Positions 62,363 to 64,000 of a stretch of DNA of 64,000 nucleotides are shown here, piece after piece. The DNA is from Eledone cirrhosa (Eukaryota). The stretch covers positions 29,264,001-29,328,000 of the forward strand of contig OZ024757.1 in assembly GCA_964016885.1 (NCBI GenBank), written 5' to 3'. A program made the position numbers and the translations under genes. The notes under the pieces were generated by a model. That model worked only from the letters and a program-made list of their open reading frames with translations, was not told the origin of the DNA and made no database searches. Numbering within the stretch: position 1 is the first letter of the stretch; the number at the start of each line of letters is the position of its first letter.

Positions 62363-62508
62363 GAAAAGCTTCTACTGCTATGTATTGAGTACTTTACTTC
62401 ATGTGGTTACACCCGATTGAACCCGAAATAACTTATATATATATATATATATATATAAGTTATTTCGGGTTCAATCGGGTGTAACCACATGAAGTAAAGT
62501 ACTCAATA
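62363..62508. mobile_element. Family A tail duplicated tail-to-tail across (TA)n (perfect 126-bp palindrome 62383-62508)
   Basis: tattgagtactttacttcatgtggttacacccgattgaacccgaaataact-(ta)n-exact reverse complement. Confidence 0.9.
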
Positions 62509-63157
62509 TATATATATACATATCCATCTTTCATGATGAAAAGAATGGAAAGTGCATCTCATACCAACACCGCCTCCACCACCACCAACAAAAACAACAC
62601 GACGATGAGTGACCAACACCAAAAGCACTAACGTCCACAACACACCACTACCACCACCATCACATCACCACGCCATCACCACAACCATCAACCACAGGAA
62701 CACGACGTTGACAGTGACCACCATCACTATCACCACCACCAACACCACTACCGACAACTACATATCACTACCACCACCACATCACCACCACAACAACCAT
62801 CATAACACCACCACCACCAACACCAACACCAACAACAACACGACGATGACCACAACCACCACCACCAACACAACCATCATCAACAAAAACACGACGTCGG
62901 CGAGGACAACTACCATCAACAACAACAACACGACGACCACCACCACTATCACCACCACCAACAACAACAACACCACCACCAACAGCAACAAAGCCAAACG
63001 TAATCTCAACTTCAGTACGACTAAAAACCTCTACTGATTCGTAACGACAACAACAACATCAACAAAAAATATCAACAACAACATTAAAACAATATTAGCA
63101 CAAGGACAACAACCATCAACATACAGTCACAACAACAACATCAACATCCTAACAACA

Positions 63158-63552
63158 ACATCAAAACAATACCATCATCACAAGGACTACAACAACCACC
63201 AACACACAGTCACAACAACATCAAAACAATACCATCATCACAAGGACTACAACAACCACCAACACACAGTCACAACAACATCAAAACAATACCATCATCA
63301 CAAGGACTACAACAACCACCAACACACAGTCACAACAACATCAAAACAATACCATCATCACAAGGACTACAACAACCACCAACACACAGTCACAACAACA
63401 TCAAAACAATACCATCATCACAAGGACTACAACAACCACCAACACACAGTCACAACAAGATCAAAACAATACCATCATCACAAGGACTACAACAACCACC
63501 AACACACAGTCACAACAAGATCAAAACAATACCATCATCAGAAGGACTACAA
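63158..63552. repeat. 60-bp minisatellite, ~6.5 near-perfect copies with degenerate flanking units
   Basis: Unit caaggactacaacaaccaccaacacacagtcacaacaacatcaaaacaataccatcatca. Confidence 0.97.
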
Positions 63553-63957
63553 CCAACATCAACAATACAATCATCACAAGGACTACAACCAACAACAACA
63601 ACAACACAGTCAGAGCAACAACAACAACAATAACAATAACGGCAATATCAACATCCTAACAACATCAAAACAATACAATCCTCACAAGGACTATCATCAC
63701 CACCACCACCAACACAACAAAACAGTCACAACAACAATAACAACAATATCAACATCCTAACTAACCAACCAATCAAGATGGCTACTTGTCATCTTCTCCA
63801 TATGGCGGTCGTGACAGAAATGAGAATGAGTTATATACCATCAGATATTATATAATACATGAAAGATTGTATATTAGATATGAAAATACAAATATATACG
63901 AACGAGAACAAATAATGAATGGAATACGTATGTATGTATATATATATATACACACAC

Positions 63958-63996
<39 letters not shown>

Positions 63997-64000
63997 TATA

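Overview
This is eukaryotic, extremely microsatellite-rich, largely non-coding DNA. The repeat spectrum ((TA)n/(TACA)n/(GA)n expanses, a tRNA-headed SINE, RTE fragments) suggests a cephalopod such as Octopus; that assignment is inference. Almost every ORF in the supplied track is a translation artefact of simple repeats, and no recognisable host gene is present apart from three weak candidate exons. The main signal is in the short complex-sequence islands between (TA)n tracts. At least 12 of them, from about 8 sequence families, carry a type I hammerhead ribozyme that I folded by hand (helix I, CUGA[U/A/C/G]GA, helix II, GAAA, usually palindromic helix III, NUH, helix I'). Several are built as fold-back palindromes whose arms match each other better than they match sister copies. 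One lies just downstream of a decayed GIY-YIG-like C-terminus. I interpret these as remnants or non-autonomous derivatives of (TA)n-targeting Penelope-like retroelements. Also present: about 11 copies of a tRNA-derived SINE, a ~610-bp bipartite non-autonomous RTE derivative (5 copies), RTE 3' fragments, the 3' end of an R4/Dong-like element in (CATA)n, an 8-copy array of a 62-bp unit with (TA)n spacers, and several minisatellites. All folds, alignments and family names come from reading the sequence by eye and from memory, not from searches.
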